From the NCBI GenBank assembly GCA_030265395.1, contig JARFYF010000119.1:45697260-45761259 (forward strand): a DNA stretch of 64,000 bases, in the 5' to 3' direction. Positions 1 through 12,470 of this stretch are shown here, piece after piece. Source of the DNA: Rhina ancylostomus (taxonomy: Eukaryota). Both the position numbers and the translations under genes were made by a program. Position 1 is the first letter of the stretch, and each line of letters opens with the position of its first letter. The notes below the pieces were generated by a model. The model saw nothing but the letters and a program-made list of their open reading frames with translations. It ran no database searches and had not been told where the DNA came from.

Positions 1-150
1 ATTGGAGGTGTTTAAGGATGAGGTAGATAAATTTTTGAAAGATTAGGGAATTGAGGTCAACGGGGAACTGGCATGAAGAGGGGATGAAGCCTGGGACAGG
101 TCAGCAATGATCATATTGAATGGTGGGCCAAGTAGACTATTTTTTCTTGT
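1..150 (+). mobile_element. CR1-type LINE 3' end fragment
   Basis: Resembles the 3' tails at 15253-15425 and 47950-48120 (tttaag...gtagataaatttttg...atgatcatattgaatggtgg). Confidence 0.7.
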
Positions 151-164
151 CATGGAGTCATTGA

Positions 165-434
165 TAGATACAATACAGGCTCTTTTGCCCAAGTCAACTT
201 CATACTCCCATCAACTCCCAACCCCACAGATTCCACCACTTGCCTGCACAGTAGGGGCAATTTACAGAGATCAATTAACCTACTAACTCACAAGTCTTTG
301 GGATATGGCAAGAAGCACCCAAAGGAAACCCATGCAGTCTCATGGAGAACATACAAACACAGACTGGACCTGAGGTCAGGATGGACCCCAGGTCTCTGGC
401 ACTGTAAGGCAGCAGCTCGGCTGCACCACTGTGT
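165..434 (-). mobile_element. tRNA-derived V-SINE (HE1-like), diverged
   Basis: Reverse complement carries the V-domain-like gtttgtatgttctcc...tgggtttcc...gggtgct motif. Confidence 0.75.
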
Positions 435-3400
435 CTTATGCCGTGCCTGTTCATCATCAAAGCAGTCCCACTTCACTCCCATTGACATCTACCACTCCCC
501 AATGCAGTACAACATGAAAGCCTGGGGCTGTTCAAGAAGTCCTTGTTTTCAGGAATAATGGAGTCTGGGCAAGGTGTTGGGATAGTTGGCATGCAGTCAC
601 CATATCCAGATAAAAGGAAGCAAGAAAGTGAGGGAGATATAGAGGGGAGGTATAGTGTTTATTGTAACATTGATGGATAGGCTGCAGGTTATAAAACATC
701 AGCACTTTAACCAAGGAGCTCAAGAGACAGGAAATAAAGGGGAAAAATTGAAAACCATTTGGAAACCGTCTGTATTGTGTTGTGAAAGCATGCATTTACA
801 TTACCATAGATTAGTCATCCTGATAGTTCAATACTAAGAATAGGACAAAAGATGTCACTGTGATTGAAATATCTTTCAAAACATTTTACCACATTAGAAT
901 AAAGAGAACTACATGTAACACAGGAGGTGGTACAACTGCGTTCCAAATTATTTATTTTCAGGATATATATTTGAGAACCACATTAATCATGTTTCTGTTT
1001 GCAATTGGGTAAAAAATGTCCTGTGGTATGAATCTGCCAGACAGCTCATTAGACTAGAATATTATCCACCATCTGTGGGAACTGCCGCCTTTAAACTTTT
1101 GTTCCATATAGTCCTATTGAAGCTAACTACCAAGACTGCTTCCACCTGAAATATTTATGTTCTAAAGTTGTGTTCTAAAACCCCATAAGTGGACAGTCAT
1201 AAGGCCGATAAAGGAAACCAATGCATAGTCACCAGAATTGCCTCCAGTCTGATGAAAATCACTCCTGCTTATTAATTAGTGTAATTGTGCACTATTAGCT
1301 CATTGACTTAATTCCTAACAGATATCACAGTGCTGCCAAATAGTTGTCATTCTTTATAGGTAATTGTAGATGTCTTTTTTTAAATAGGCAAGTATCCGTG
1401 TTCCTTATTTGAAGACCACAGTTCTTTGGATGACCACATATGAGGGTATTATAAAGCATAGGATTTGGCATAATTCTTAAATTGGCATTTGTGATGTAAT
1501 GTAAGTGATTTTGAAATTGTAACCAAAACAAAATATTTAAAATGAGCCTCTGATGAAAAATTATAGAATGGAATTGACTGTATCCTAATATAAATTTCAA
1601 GTTTGCATTGATAATTGATTCAACAATTGGTCGGCAAAATCATCTGGGTCTATATAAACACATTAGCAATTCTTTTAGTGGGCATCGATTTTCATGGACT
1701 CATCAGAAGTATAATTGGGCCTTGTGTCTAGACTCCCTGCCAGGTATGATAGACTACAAGAAAACGAGAGGCTTTAACTCCTGCTCTTTCACTTGTGAAT
1801 TAAGGACTAATTGGATGCCTCAGCAATGGGACACCAAGCCAGTGATCTATATATTAACTGTCTGAAAACAGAACAGAAGGCAGACCAAAATATTTTAATT
1901 TTTTTTTGAAAAGCACACTGAAAATAAATTGCAATGCATGGGAATTTTCTTAAGTAATGGAGCAAGGAGTTGTGTGTAAACAGCACCCACACAAAAGTTC
2001 AAAGTTTGCACCAGAATTACAAGCTTATAAATACAAGCTCTTAAAGTGATGTTCTCAATGGAAGTTGCCTTGAGATTGACGGCTGGAATGGACATCATGT
2101 CTCCCATACGTGATTGGATGTTGAAATGGTAGACCGAGACACCAAATGGAAGCATAAGTGAGGCTGACTTCACCAACCCCTCATCCATCATTTCAAAGTA
2201 AGAAGACTGTGCCTTGACCACAGGAATGTCTGATACATCAGTATGCATCTGTGATTGGCTTCAGTTGTGGATTTCCTGGCAACAGTTCAGATAAGTATGG
2301 GGGCTTCCTAGCATACTTAAGCAGGCTGTCATCCTATCGTTAAGGCCTTCTTTCCAGTCACAATCTTTAGTGTGTACTCATGCTCTAATATTACAATAAT
2401 GTCAAACTTGTGCCACATGCCAATCGATGTCTCCAAGGTCAGGTGTGTATGGAGGCTACAATTTGGCTGCAATTCTACACAATGCAAAGGAGTTTTCACA
2501 ATCACTTTTGTCTCCAGATCAATCCTGATCAAATAAAACCTGCTGAACTATTGAATCTTTAAGCTCTCTGCTTTCTGCCTCTTGCATCTGCTCCCGATTA
2601 GAATGGCTTCTGGAAACTGCCTAATGATCTCTGTAACCAGCTGTTAGAGTGAAAGATCTTTTAGTTCCCAGGGAAGAACATTTAGAAAGATGATGCATTG
2701 ACCTGAACAATTCTTTGGCTGTGGTCAAGCAAAAATCATTTCGTAGAGAAAGTCAGTGGTCACATCGTGCACCCTGAAATAGGCCCGACCTGGAAATTAA
2801 ATCTCTTAGCCTTACCGCTACATTGTTGTACATTATGAGATTCAGTGCAACGCAAAATAAAAGGTAATGGAAAAATGAGGGCCTATCATGAATTTCATGA
2901 CCTGTGCTTTACTTTCTGAGTCCTCCTTGCATTGGACATCCAAAAGAAAGGCCTTTCGTCATGCAAGGCCCGCTTAGCAACACAGGCCTTAAGTAGTATT
3001 GAAATTTCCAGCTGCAAGTTCTTGAACAAAACTCTGGTTCTCTTATTTCATATATTTAAGTGCATGCTATATCAATAAGGACTACTGTGACCTTGCTGAA
3101 AAGCCCTTGCCTGCAAAGGAGTCACATGAAAAACATGTTGAAGACCATTGTCACATTCACTTTGCTGGTGTTGTCACAGGTTGATTTTTATGCAAGATTT
3201 TTGAATGAGAGCCTTCTTGTGTGGTTGTCCTTGATGAGGTTGAGGTAGCTCTGCCATAAACTGTGGAGACACTTGCCTGATAACATGACCCAATTACTCT
3301 CATTTTTAAGAATAAAGTGTGCATAAAGATACTTTTGCATGCTTAAAATGGCAGCTACCATTTTTGGTTGAAGTTCTGTCCATTGGGCACTTCTTGATCG

Positions 3401-3670
3401 ATTCACCTTAGTGCAGCCATTATTTACCGGACATCATTTGTGTATGTCATGAGGTTGTCACAAGCGTGACATTCTTTTCTTCATTAATAATTGACATTGG
3501 TATAAGAATATGCCACTTATGGCCTGCATTTCCCCTTGCTGTCAGACAACAGCAAACCCCACACAACATTACTGGGGTAAAGGAATTGAAGTGTTCATGG
3601 GACATCGATTTTTTTTTTCTCTCTCTTCCTCATTGTGTCTCCCTGACTGATCTGTGACCTCCTTGTGCAG

Positions 3671-3671
<1 letters not shown>

Positions 3672-3705
<34 letters not shown>

Positions 3706-3725
3706 TGAGAGTGTGTGTGAGAGAC
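3672..3725. repeat. Compound (GT)n(GA)n microsatellite
   Basis: Directly visible. Confidence 0.95.
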
Positions 3726-5288
3726 TGCCTGCAGCAGCTGTTCTCTGCCAAGATCACTGATCTGCAAAATGAAAGTGAAGCTCACCCTGAGTCCTGGTGC
3801 AGCATGGGGATGAGGGAGTGGGGGAGTTTGTTGGGGTGGCAGCTTGCAAGTCATAGCTAGACACAGTGAAGGTGTATGTCCTTCCCCACCCCACATTCTG
3901 CATTTTCTCTTCTCTCCATGGCAGCCTTTTGTACAATTGTTTTGATCCCCAGTGGCAATGACATGGTCGCTGCCATTCCACAGCCAGAGACTGCTGAAAA
4001 TCACATGGGCTATGATTCAACCCTCTAACATTTGGAGAAGCACTGTAGAAAAAAATGATAAATTTCTCTAATTAACATTTTCTTTTGAGGGCCCCTAATT
4101 GGGTGTTAAGAGGTCATCATGGCATGTTAATGATGGGTGAAACCCAATTTCCAATCAGCTGATTTGCATTAGCAAGACCTGATGGTTCCCTTTCCACAAC
4201 CTTGAATTGTTCTGGTCCAGCCCTTCTGCAACCCCATGTTTGATTTAGTAATTAGTCCGTGCTCCTGTGTACACTAATAATGGTGAGTTTCCTTTCAATG
4301 TAATCTGCTATGCACTGTGTTGAACCTCTCCCAATGTTCACTGCTTCCTTAACAACACCATTTATAGAGATTGTCAGTAACATAATGTGAAGTGAAAGGC
4401 AAACATGAGCAAATTTTTGCATTTGTCTTTATTAAATATTTAGCTATCTTAAACCATTAACACTGTCTCTCAGCCTTAAGCTGAATTACTGTCTGAGGAA
4501 GTATTAGCACAAAATAGCATCAGCATTTCATGGTCAATGTACAAAAATATTACTTGGACATATGGTTTAATCTAAAAAGGAATCTCATTCCCTTGGAAAG
4601 TTGGAAATTGATCTATGACGAACAACCTAAAAAAAAGCTGGATTTGATGAATCTCCTGGGAATAGTTATTTGGACACACAGAATTAAAGGTGGAAGCTCC
4701 AACACTGATGAGAAATTATTATTTGATCAGACTGCTTCCAGCAATGCTTTGATGTTGAGAAGCTAATGTAAGACTGTCAACTTTACCTTAGAAGTCAGAA
4801 GGAAGTTTAGATTTTGTGGAAGCTACTGAAGCTCAACACAGAAGGAACAATTATGATCTTCTGCGCCACATACTCCTACAGCAAACACCATACTGTTAAA
4901 TAGTAATAATATTCAATTGTAAAAGCAGTCCAGCTTTCCATGAGGGAAACTAAACTTGTTGCAATACTTAAAGCTTATGATTGATTATCATATAAGGAAT
5001 ATGGTTAAAGAAGAAATATTAGCACAAACTATTAATTATATAAAATCTAAAGGACAAACTTATTTCAACATTTTCTGCAATTTTTAAAATCATGTCAATG
5101 TTTTGNNNNNNNNNNNNNNNNNNNNNNNNNNNNNNNNNNNNNNNNNNNNNNNNNNNNNNNNNNNNNNNNNNNNNNNNNNNNNNNNNNNNNNNNNNNNNNN
5201 NNNNNNNNNNNNNNNNNNNNNNNNNNNNNNNNNNNNNNNNNNNNNNNNNNNNNNNNNNNNNNNNNNNNNNNNNNNNNNNNNNNNNNNA

Positions 5289-5992
5289 TTCACCGCTCCT
5301 TTCAACATGCCTGCAGAGCATTTGGTCAATTGTGGAAAAGGGTATTTGAAGACCTGGCATGAAACTCATTGTCTCTCACTCAGCAATTCATGCCTTCCTT
5401 TATGCTTGTGAGACGTGGACTACCTACAGCAGTCATCTCGAGGCACTGGAAAAAATGCCTTCACAAAACCCTCAAATTTCACTGGAAGAGTAACCAAATG
5501 AACATCGGCTCTTCTCTCCAGCCAACATCCCCAGCATTTATGCCTGGGTTACATTGGGCAGACCACATTGTCTGCATGCCCAGGACCAGACTCCTGAAAC
5601 AGATTCTCTATTGCGAGCTCTGTCAAGGGAAGAGATTACCGAGCAGACAGGGAGAAAGATACAACAATATACTCAAAATTTCCTTAAAGAAGTGCAACAC
5701 CCCCACTGATTCCTGGGAATTACTGGCTGATGACTGCTCAAAGCAGGAGTGTTCGGGAGGGTATTGAGAACTTCAAGGCCATGCGTCGGGAGAAGCATCT
5801 GCATAAGCAGCAGATGTGCACCACTAGAAACAAGTAGAAAGTCCCCACCCACTCATCCCATTTCATCAGCCACTTCCTGCCCCGTCTGTAGTTGAATCAG
5901 TGGTCCCTGCATTGGTCACAGAACCCTCAACCTGAGTGGAACTAAGTCATTCTCAGTCCTAAGTGACTTCCCAGTTGGAAGTAAGAAGAAAG
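5289..5992 (+). mobile_element. RTE-clade LINE, decayed 3' part of ORF
   Basis: ORF 5369-5767 contains LHWADHIVCMPRTRLLKQILYCELCQGKR...RYNNILKISLKKC, the RTE C-terminal RWxGHxxRM...RLPKQILY motif, and there is a GAA-type tail. Confidence 0.85.
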
Positions 5993-7271
5993 TTGCAATC
6001 TTTGACACTAGGTGATATTTGTCTCCCTGGAGAAGTTTCAGTTACAAGAATGATTCCTATGATTATGGTTATGTATGCTGGAGAGCAAATTAGGTAGCAC
6101 ATATAAATTCTGGATATCAGCCTGAATCCTAATCCATCATGTCTGTGTATCAGGGCCTCTTTTTTTTCACTTGGGCCTCGTAACAGAACAGGATAGAACC
6201 AATCTATTTAACACATAAAGTCTGTGCCAGTAACAAAAAACAGAAATTGTTGGAAACACTCAGCAGGTCAGGCAGCATCTGTGGAAAGATGATGCCTGTT
6301 TGATAGCACTCTCGTGTTGATGTATAGTAGATAACTCTTTTAAGTTCCTGTCAGATTCTCAAGAACCTCCTGGACTTTGTTTTAGCAATGGTTTAAGACA
6401 GGGACATATTTTAATCAAAGTGGGGGAAAAAAGTGAAATTCTATAAATGTTAGATGTGTGAAAATATTTAGTAGACAGCATCTGTAGAGAGCGGTAGTTT
6501 TATATACACATAGATATATTTGAAGTTGTCTTTCTTTTGCTAGCCTCTATAGCAATATCTTAAATATGTGTCCTTTTGCTAATGTCTGCAAATAATAACA
6601 GCCTCTCTCTATTCACCTTCATTGTCTTAAGGACCCAACTCTTGAGTCTCTTTGTGACTACCAATTTAGAAGTTTTAAAATTTTGTTTGAATGCAGAAAA
6701 TATTTATTGATGATGCAAAATTTGAATAAAATAGCTTGTTTAATGTCCTTAAGAGAAGGATATAAGCCATCCTTGCCTAGTCTGGCCTAGGTGTGAGACC
6801 ATTCCACACAATGTGATTGACTATCTTAACTACCTTCTCAGTTTAGGGGCAATTAGGGACGGACAATAAATGGTGACAATATCCAAATAATGTAGATGCA
6901 TAACATTAATGGAAAAAGAAAGCAGAGGTAGACAACTGGTGGAGACAAAGAGTATTGCTGCTTAAACATCTACACACCAAGGCATTCTGGATATGTTGCT
7001 CAAATATCTGTTGTGGGTAAATTACTAGATTATATAATTAAGGATAGAGGACTGGACACTTAGACATTGGAGCTGGGTACAGAGAGATGATGTTGATTTG
7101 TGAAAGGTCCAATTAACCTAACTGATTTTCTTTGAAAGAACATCTAAAAGTAATAAACAAGGAATCTCCAAGGGTCCTTTTCATGTGAGCTTTCACCAGC
7201 CATTTAATAAGCTTCTTCATGAGTAATTATTAGGTAATGTTTAAATTGCCGCAATAAAAGGCAAGTTTTAT

Positions 7272-7530
7272 AAGGTATCTTTATCAGTCACATATACATT
7301 GAAACACACAGTGAAATGCAACTTCAGCGCAGAGTGTTCTGGGGGCAGCCTGCAAGTGTCGCCACGCTTCCAGTGCCAACATAGCATGCCCACAACCTCC
7401 TAACCTGTCCGTCTTTGGAATGTGGGAGGAAACCTGAGCCACCGGAGGAAACCCACACAGACATGGGGCGAACGTACAAAATCCTTTAAGACAGTGGCCG
7501 GAATTGAACCTGGGTCACTGGCACTGTAAT
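7272..7530 (-). mobile_element. V-SINE (HE1-like)
   Basis: Same family as the copies at 17307, 18005, 41170, 46315 and 54440; tRNA B-box-like GGTTCAATTCC on the minus strand. Confidence 0.9.
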
Positions 7531-10500
7531 GACCTCATCACATGAATGATGCCAGAAACCTTTGTGCTAAGGTGAATTGTTTCCAGAAGTTTCAGTCCAG
7601 TCTTCTGATGGGCAGAACTTCTACAGGAAATGTCCACTATCAAGTCAAAACATATGCAAAGAGATCTTGTGTGTGATTTATGGAAGCAAAGCGAGCACAC
7701 ATTGCTCCCGTTTTTCAGCTTGTGTGTTTGTAAGAAATCGCACCTGTCTGATGTTCCATTGCATTTGAGGCACAAGAGAAAGGAAAGTATGGCTCTCGGC
7801 TGATCTCATGGATGTTGACTCCAGTGATGCACACATCAGAGTCACAGCTAAAATAAAAGCTATCCACAACATGAAATGCAAGAGAAGGCATAGTCCAATT
7901 TTTGCCAGCACATTAAAATAGTCCACCTTAGAAATGTAGTGACTGCAGGAACCACATGTTATCGAGTGACAGACACCACGTTGGGTGGGAGGGAACACAG
8001 AAGCCACCCTCATTGGGTCTGGTGAGGCAAAATTGATACTGACATCAAGGTTCTCTTGACTTGTCACTCAAAGTACATGGCATTTACTTGATAAATGAAG
8101 ATCCCTGTGAGCACTGTGCATCAGTCTAATCAGTGAAATTGGTATGATGTCTGCAAAGCCTGAGGTAGTTTCCTTCCTAGTTTCCAGCACTTCTGATCAC
8201 AAGGGTTTGTTGCAAAAACCCCAATCACTTCACTCTCAGCCTCATCAACCATCAACTGAATACAGGCTGACTCAAAGCAGGATTTTCTTCTAAGTGCAGC
8301 ATCTAAGAAGGTATCTTTTTTTGGTGGGTGATGATGAATTAAAAAGCATCTTTGAGAAAGTAGGAAAGGGAGAAAGAGCAAATGAGAGAGTGACCAGCAG
8401 CTGAAAAGTGTTGCCAGTATGAATGGTCGAGAAAAGGATGTGGGATTCTTGTTGACAGTGGCTGATCGGTAAGAATGCAGAGTTTGCAGTTTGAAGCAAA
8501 AGGCTTTCTTGGCTAGAGCACATTATTGATTGCAATGTATTTCACAATGTATATTCTTGGGGTGGAATTTTGAAGTGATTCTATCAGAAAACTGATGTAA
8601 TATTTGAAGCAGTTGTTTAATTACCTAAAATGGAGTTAAAGGAATTTGGCTATCCCATATGATTTGGACATGGGACAACAATTTTCCCATATGATAAGGC
8701 TGGAAATCCCCCACCTGGCCCAACCACCATNNNNNNNNNNNNNNNNNNNNNNNNNNNNNNNNNNNNNNNNNNNNNNNNNNNNNNNNNNNNNNNNNNNNNN
8801 NNNNNNNNNNNNNNNNNNNNNNNNNNNNNNNNNNNNNNNNNNNNNNNNNNNNNNNNNNNNNNNNNNNNNNNNNNNNNNNNNNNNNNNNNNNNNNNNNNNN
8901 NNNNNNNNNNNNNNNNNNNNNNNNNNNNNNNNNNNNNNNNNNNNNNNNNNNNNNNNNNNNNNNNNNNNNNNNNNNNNNNNNNNNNNNNNNNNNNNNNNNN
9001 NNNNNNNNNNNNNNNNNNNNNNNNNNNNNNNNNNNNNNNNNNNNNNNNNNNNNNNNNNNNNNNNNNNNNNNNNNNNNNNNNNNNNNNNNNNNNNNNNNNN
9101 NNNNNNNNNNNNNNNNNNNNNNNNNNNNATGCCCTCCTCTGTCATGAAAACTATAAATACAAAATATTAATTATTATTATACAGTTGATTCCTTATTTGC
9201 AATTCAGCACCCCTCGATTCTCTTGCTTCTATTGCTAATATGGCTTCATTTACTTCCTCATGGCGGAGGCCAGGTGTGCCCAGGGCAGTGGGGCATCAGC
9301 TGACATTGGGTCTGCTCAATAGCCAATCTGTGGAACAGCAGGGCGTGCCCTATACTGGCCAGAGGAGAAGGCTGCAGAGGAGATGGTGATTGGGAGAGGT
9401 TACTGCTTTTGCTTGAACTTTGCAAAGCAGGTTTACCTCCCACTATTCAGTAAACCAGGTGTGCATTTGTAGTAGTGAGGCACCATCTCTATGGGGAGCT
9501 CAGCAGTGCAGTGAAATCCCTGTCGGTAGGCTGTACTGTGAGCCAAGGCACTGGGGGACTGCCACAAGTGGATACCAGCAGCGGTCCAATGACTTCCCAT
9601 TGGAAAAGGCCTCAAGTGTCACAATGTTGAGCAAAGAGCAAGCTCACAGAGAACCCATATGCAGCACACTGATACGAGACTGGAATCAGGATATTTCCTC
9701 TGGACAAACACAGGCAGCAACTGGAAGGAATCTTGCCTCAGATCCAAAGAGGAATCCCAACNNNNNNNNNNNNNNNNNNNNNNNNNNNNNNNNNNNNNNN
9801 NNNNNNNNNNNNNNNNNNNNNNNNNNNNNNNNNNNNNNNNNNNNNNNNNNNNNNNNNNNNNGCATGGAATCCATGTGCTGGACAACAAGGCATTAAAGGA
9901 GCCAAATTGAGGGCCAGAACTCAGAACCATGACATCAAGTACCAGTGATTACCAAGATAATTCCGAAGTTCTTGCTCCTGAGAATAGCAATCCAGATGGG
10001 TAAACCTGCATCCACAACAAGATCAGTTAGAATCTGTTTTGGCCTTTGGCAACCAGTTAACTGACTGCCACTTCATAACAAACAACCAGCTCTGAGCTTT
10101 GAGGCATCAGCCTCATTTCAGTTAGAAGGTGAGATGTTGGATCCATGCAGATGGCCTTTTTGATCTTGCACTTTTCCAGCCACAGGGAAGTTGGTCAGCT
10201 GGGACATAAACCAGTGCTTGGAGGAATGTGAAGCAAGGGGCAAGATTGGGCCAGCAGTGGCCTTCAGTGCTTTTGTAGAACTGGGGGTAATCCTGTTCCT
10301 TTCAATGAGTCAAAACAAAATTAACATGTTTCTGTTTGTTTCCAGATTAGATTGCAAGTGCTAGGTACTTGAAGTTTTAACAGAAATCCGAGTGAAGCTT
10401 CTGGTGCAGTTAAGGTCCCCTGATTTACTTGTGAAAGTGGCCAGCCCCTGGTAGAAGAGGCCCAAGCATTGTTCCAAGGAAGTTCTTGTACAACTGGCAT

Positions 10501-12104
10501 TTCCTACCTGCCTATTTTTACAACAGGCTGGTAACTGATTTGCCACTGACTGTGCAGAAGTCATGACTAGGAGTTATTACATGACAAAAAAAGGCTAGTT
10601 TACTTAAGTTAGAGACATTACAGTGATATGATAACAGGCGATTTGAAGATACTTTGGCCTTTCTCTTTACCCCTCCTGCTACAAGATGAACCCCGTGTAT
10701 ACCCTTGGCTCTCCCAGGGGTTATCTGCCAACAATCCAAATGAGGCATGACATCTGGTGACTGACTTGGTCACAATTTCCCCTCTGCAGTGACTCTGTAG
10801 CTGAAGTGTCCTGCTTCTAAAGTAAAACCCCACTGCCACAAAACATAGAAACTGCAGTACACCTTTTGATCTAACACTTTTTTGCAATCCCCCTCTGCTC
10901 CTGGCCTGAGCCAACACTATTCAGCTGCTGTACCCTTTTCCTGCCTGATATTTGTGTCAGTTGCTTGATCTGTCTCTCTCAGTTAGCCATTCTTTAGCAG
11001 GCATTGCTACAATTGTCAGCCACCCAGTTGTAGGTCTTTGAAGGTTGAAGAACCTAGGGTCAGCTTTAATGAGCTGCGAAGGCTTTCAAGTCTATTTTGG
11101 AACCTTACCACCTTCTTAAGGCTATTTTAACCAAGTAAAATCAAAGAATCCTGACCCAGAACATTGATTCTATGTTTCTTAATTAACATAAAATAGTTTC
11201 TCAATTATCCTGAGATTTCCCAGTGCTTTATTGATGTTTCAGAATTTCAAACTCTGCCTTGACTTCAGGAGGTTACAACTTCAAGTTCTGTTTACTAATG
11301 TCTCAGCAGTGTATGATTACAGATGGGCTACTGAAAGAATTGCCACATGATCTCTTTGTCTTAAGGGGAGACGAAGAGATATATCATGTGTCTTTTCTCA
11401 GTGTATTCTGTCAATTACAGAGAAAGTAGCAGATTTAACATGAGAAAGGATGTGCTTGATTTCTTGTGAAAGACTTTTTTCTTAAAACCTTTGTTAATAT
11501 TCTGTACAATATTAATTGAAATATTATATATTATAAATTTAGAATTTGAATTACAAATATGTCCTATATTACATTACACCCAGTCATGAAACCTAGAGAA
11601 AATTGCAGGAACTTTATATTCCTTCAAAGCATTTCATGTGAAGGCATTCTTACGCAGTGCTGCACTTTAACCAGCTGTTTGTGACAGCAGCCTGTGACTC
11701 ATTATATAACTTCCTTTTTCTTACTGTGGGAAGCACCTGATCTAACCACTCAGCTGTCACGAGGAATTTATACAGCTCGGAAGTTGTGAATGCAATCTAT
11801 GTTACCCACTATGGTGAACACCAGAAAATGAGCCTATGTCCATTATTTCTAATACACATTCAGTTTATTCATTCATGCTGGATTTTTTTTTTGTTTCTTT
11901 TAATTCTTTTGGGCATTTCTTCTGTGACCTGTCCCCACCACACTGTCATACCACCATTCATTTCTCCTTCATTAAGTATATTGCAGAAATCATCACCATT
12001 CCTTTGGTTTCATGCTTTCCTGATACAATCCCAGGTATTGATGAGCATTGGATAAAATCTCATACAGCATCCATGGTGCTCTTGATTTACTCTAAAGGAC
12101 AACT

Positions 12105-12470
12105 CAAAGTAAGAAACCATGGGATCTATGGCAATCAAACAAATTTGGTCCAAAATTGGCTTGGTAATAGGAGACAGAGGGTAATGGTGGGGGGGTTGCT
12201 TTTGCAATTGCAAGCCTGTGACCAGTGTGTACCACAAGGATCGGTGCTTGGAACCTTGCTGTTTCTTATATGCATTAATGATCTGAATGTAAATCTAGGA
12301 GGTATGATGAGTAAGTCTGCAGGTGACACAAAAAAATGGTGGTGTTGATGGTGAGGAGGGTAGATGTTGGCTAGAGAATGATATTGATGTGTTGGGGAGA
12401 TGGAATTTACATTTTGAAAGCACTAGTAGCATTAGGATATATACAATGAATGGTAGGATCCTAGGACATT
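12105..12470 (+). mobile_element. CR1 LINE reverse-transcriptase fragment
   Basis: NWLGNRRQRVMV...VPQGSVLGTLLFLICINDL...SKSAGDTK (decayed FADDTK). Confidence 0.9.

Noticed and set aside
1895-2248. 117-aa minus-strand ORF and similar 100-140 aa ORFs (7678-8067, 44464-44892, 48571-48924)
   Set aside because: No recognisable domain or consistent exon structure; these lengths are compatible with chance or decayed repeats.
5019-5411. Long ORFs containing X runs (also 8636-9170, 16804-17421 and others)
   Set aside because: Their length comes from N gaps and they carry no coding evidence.
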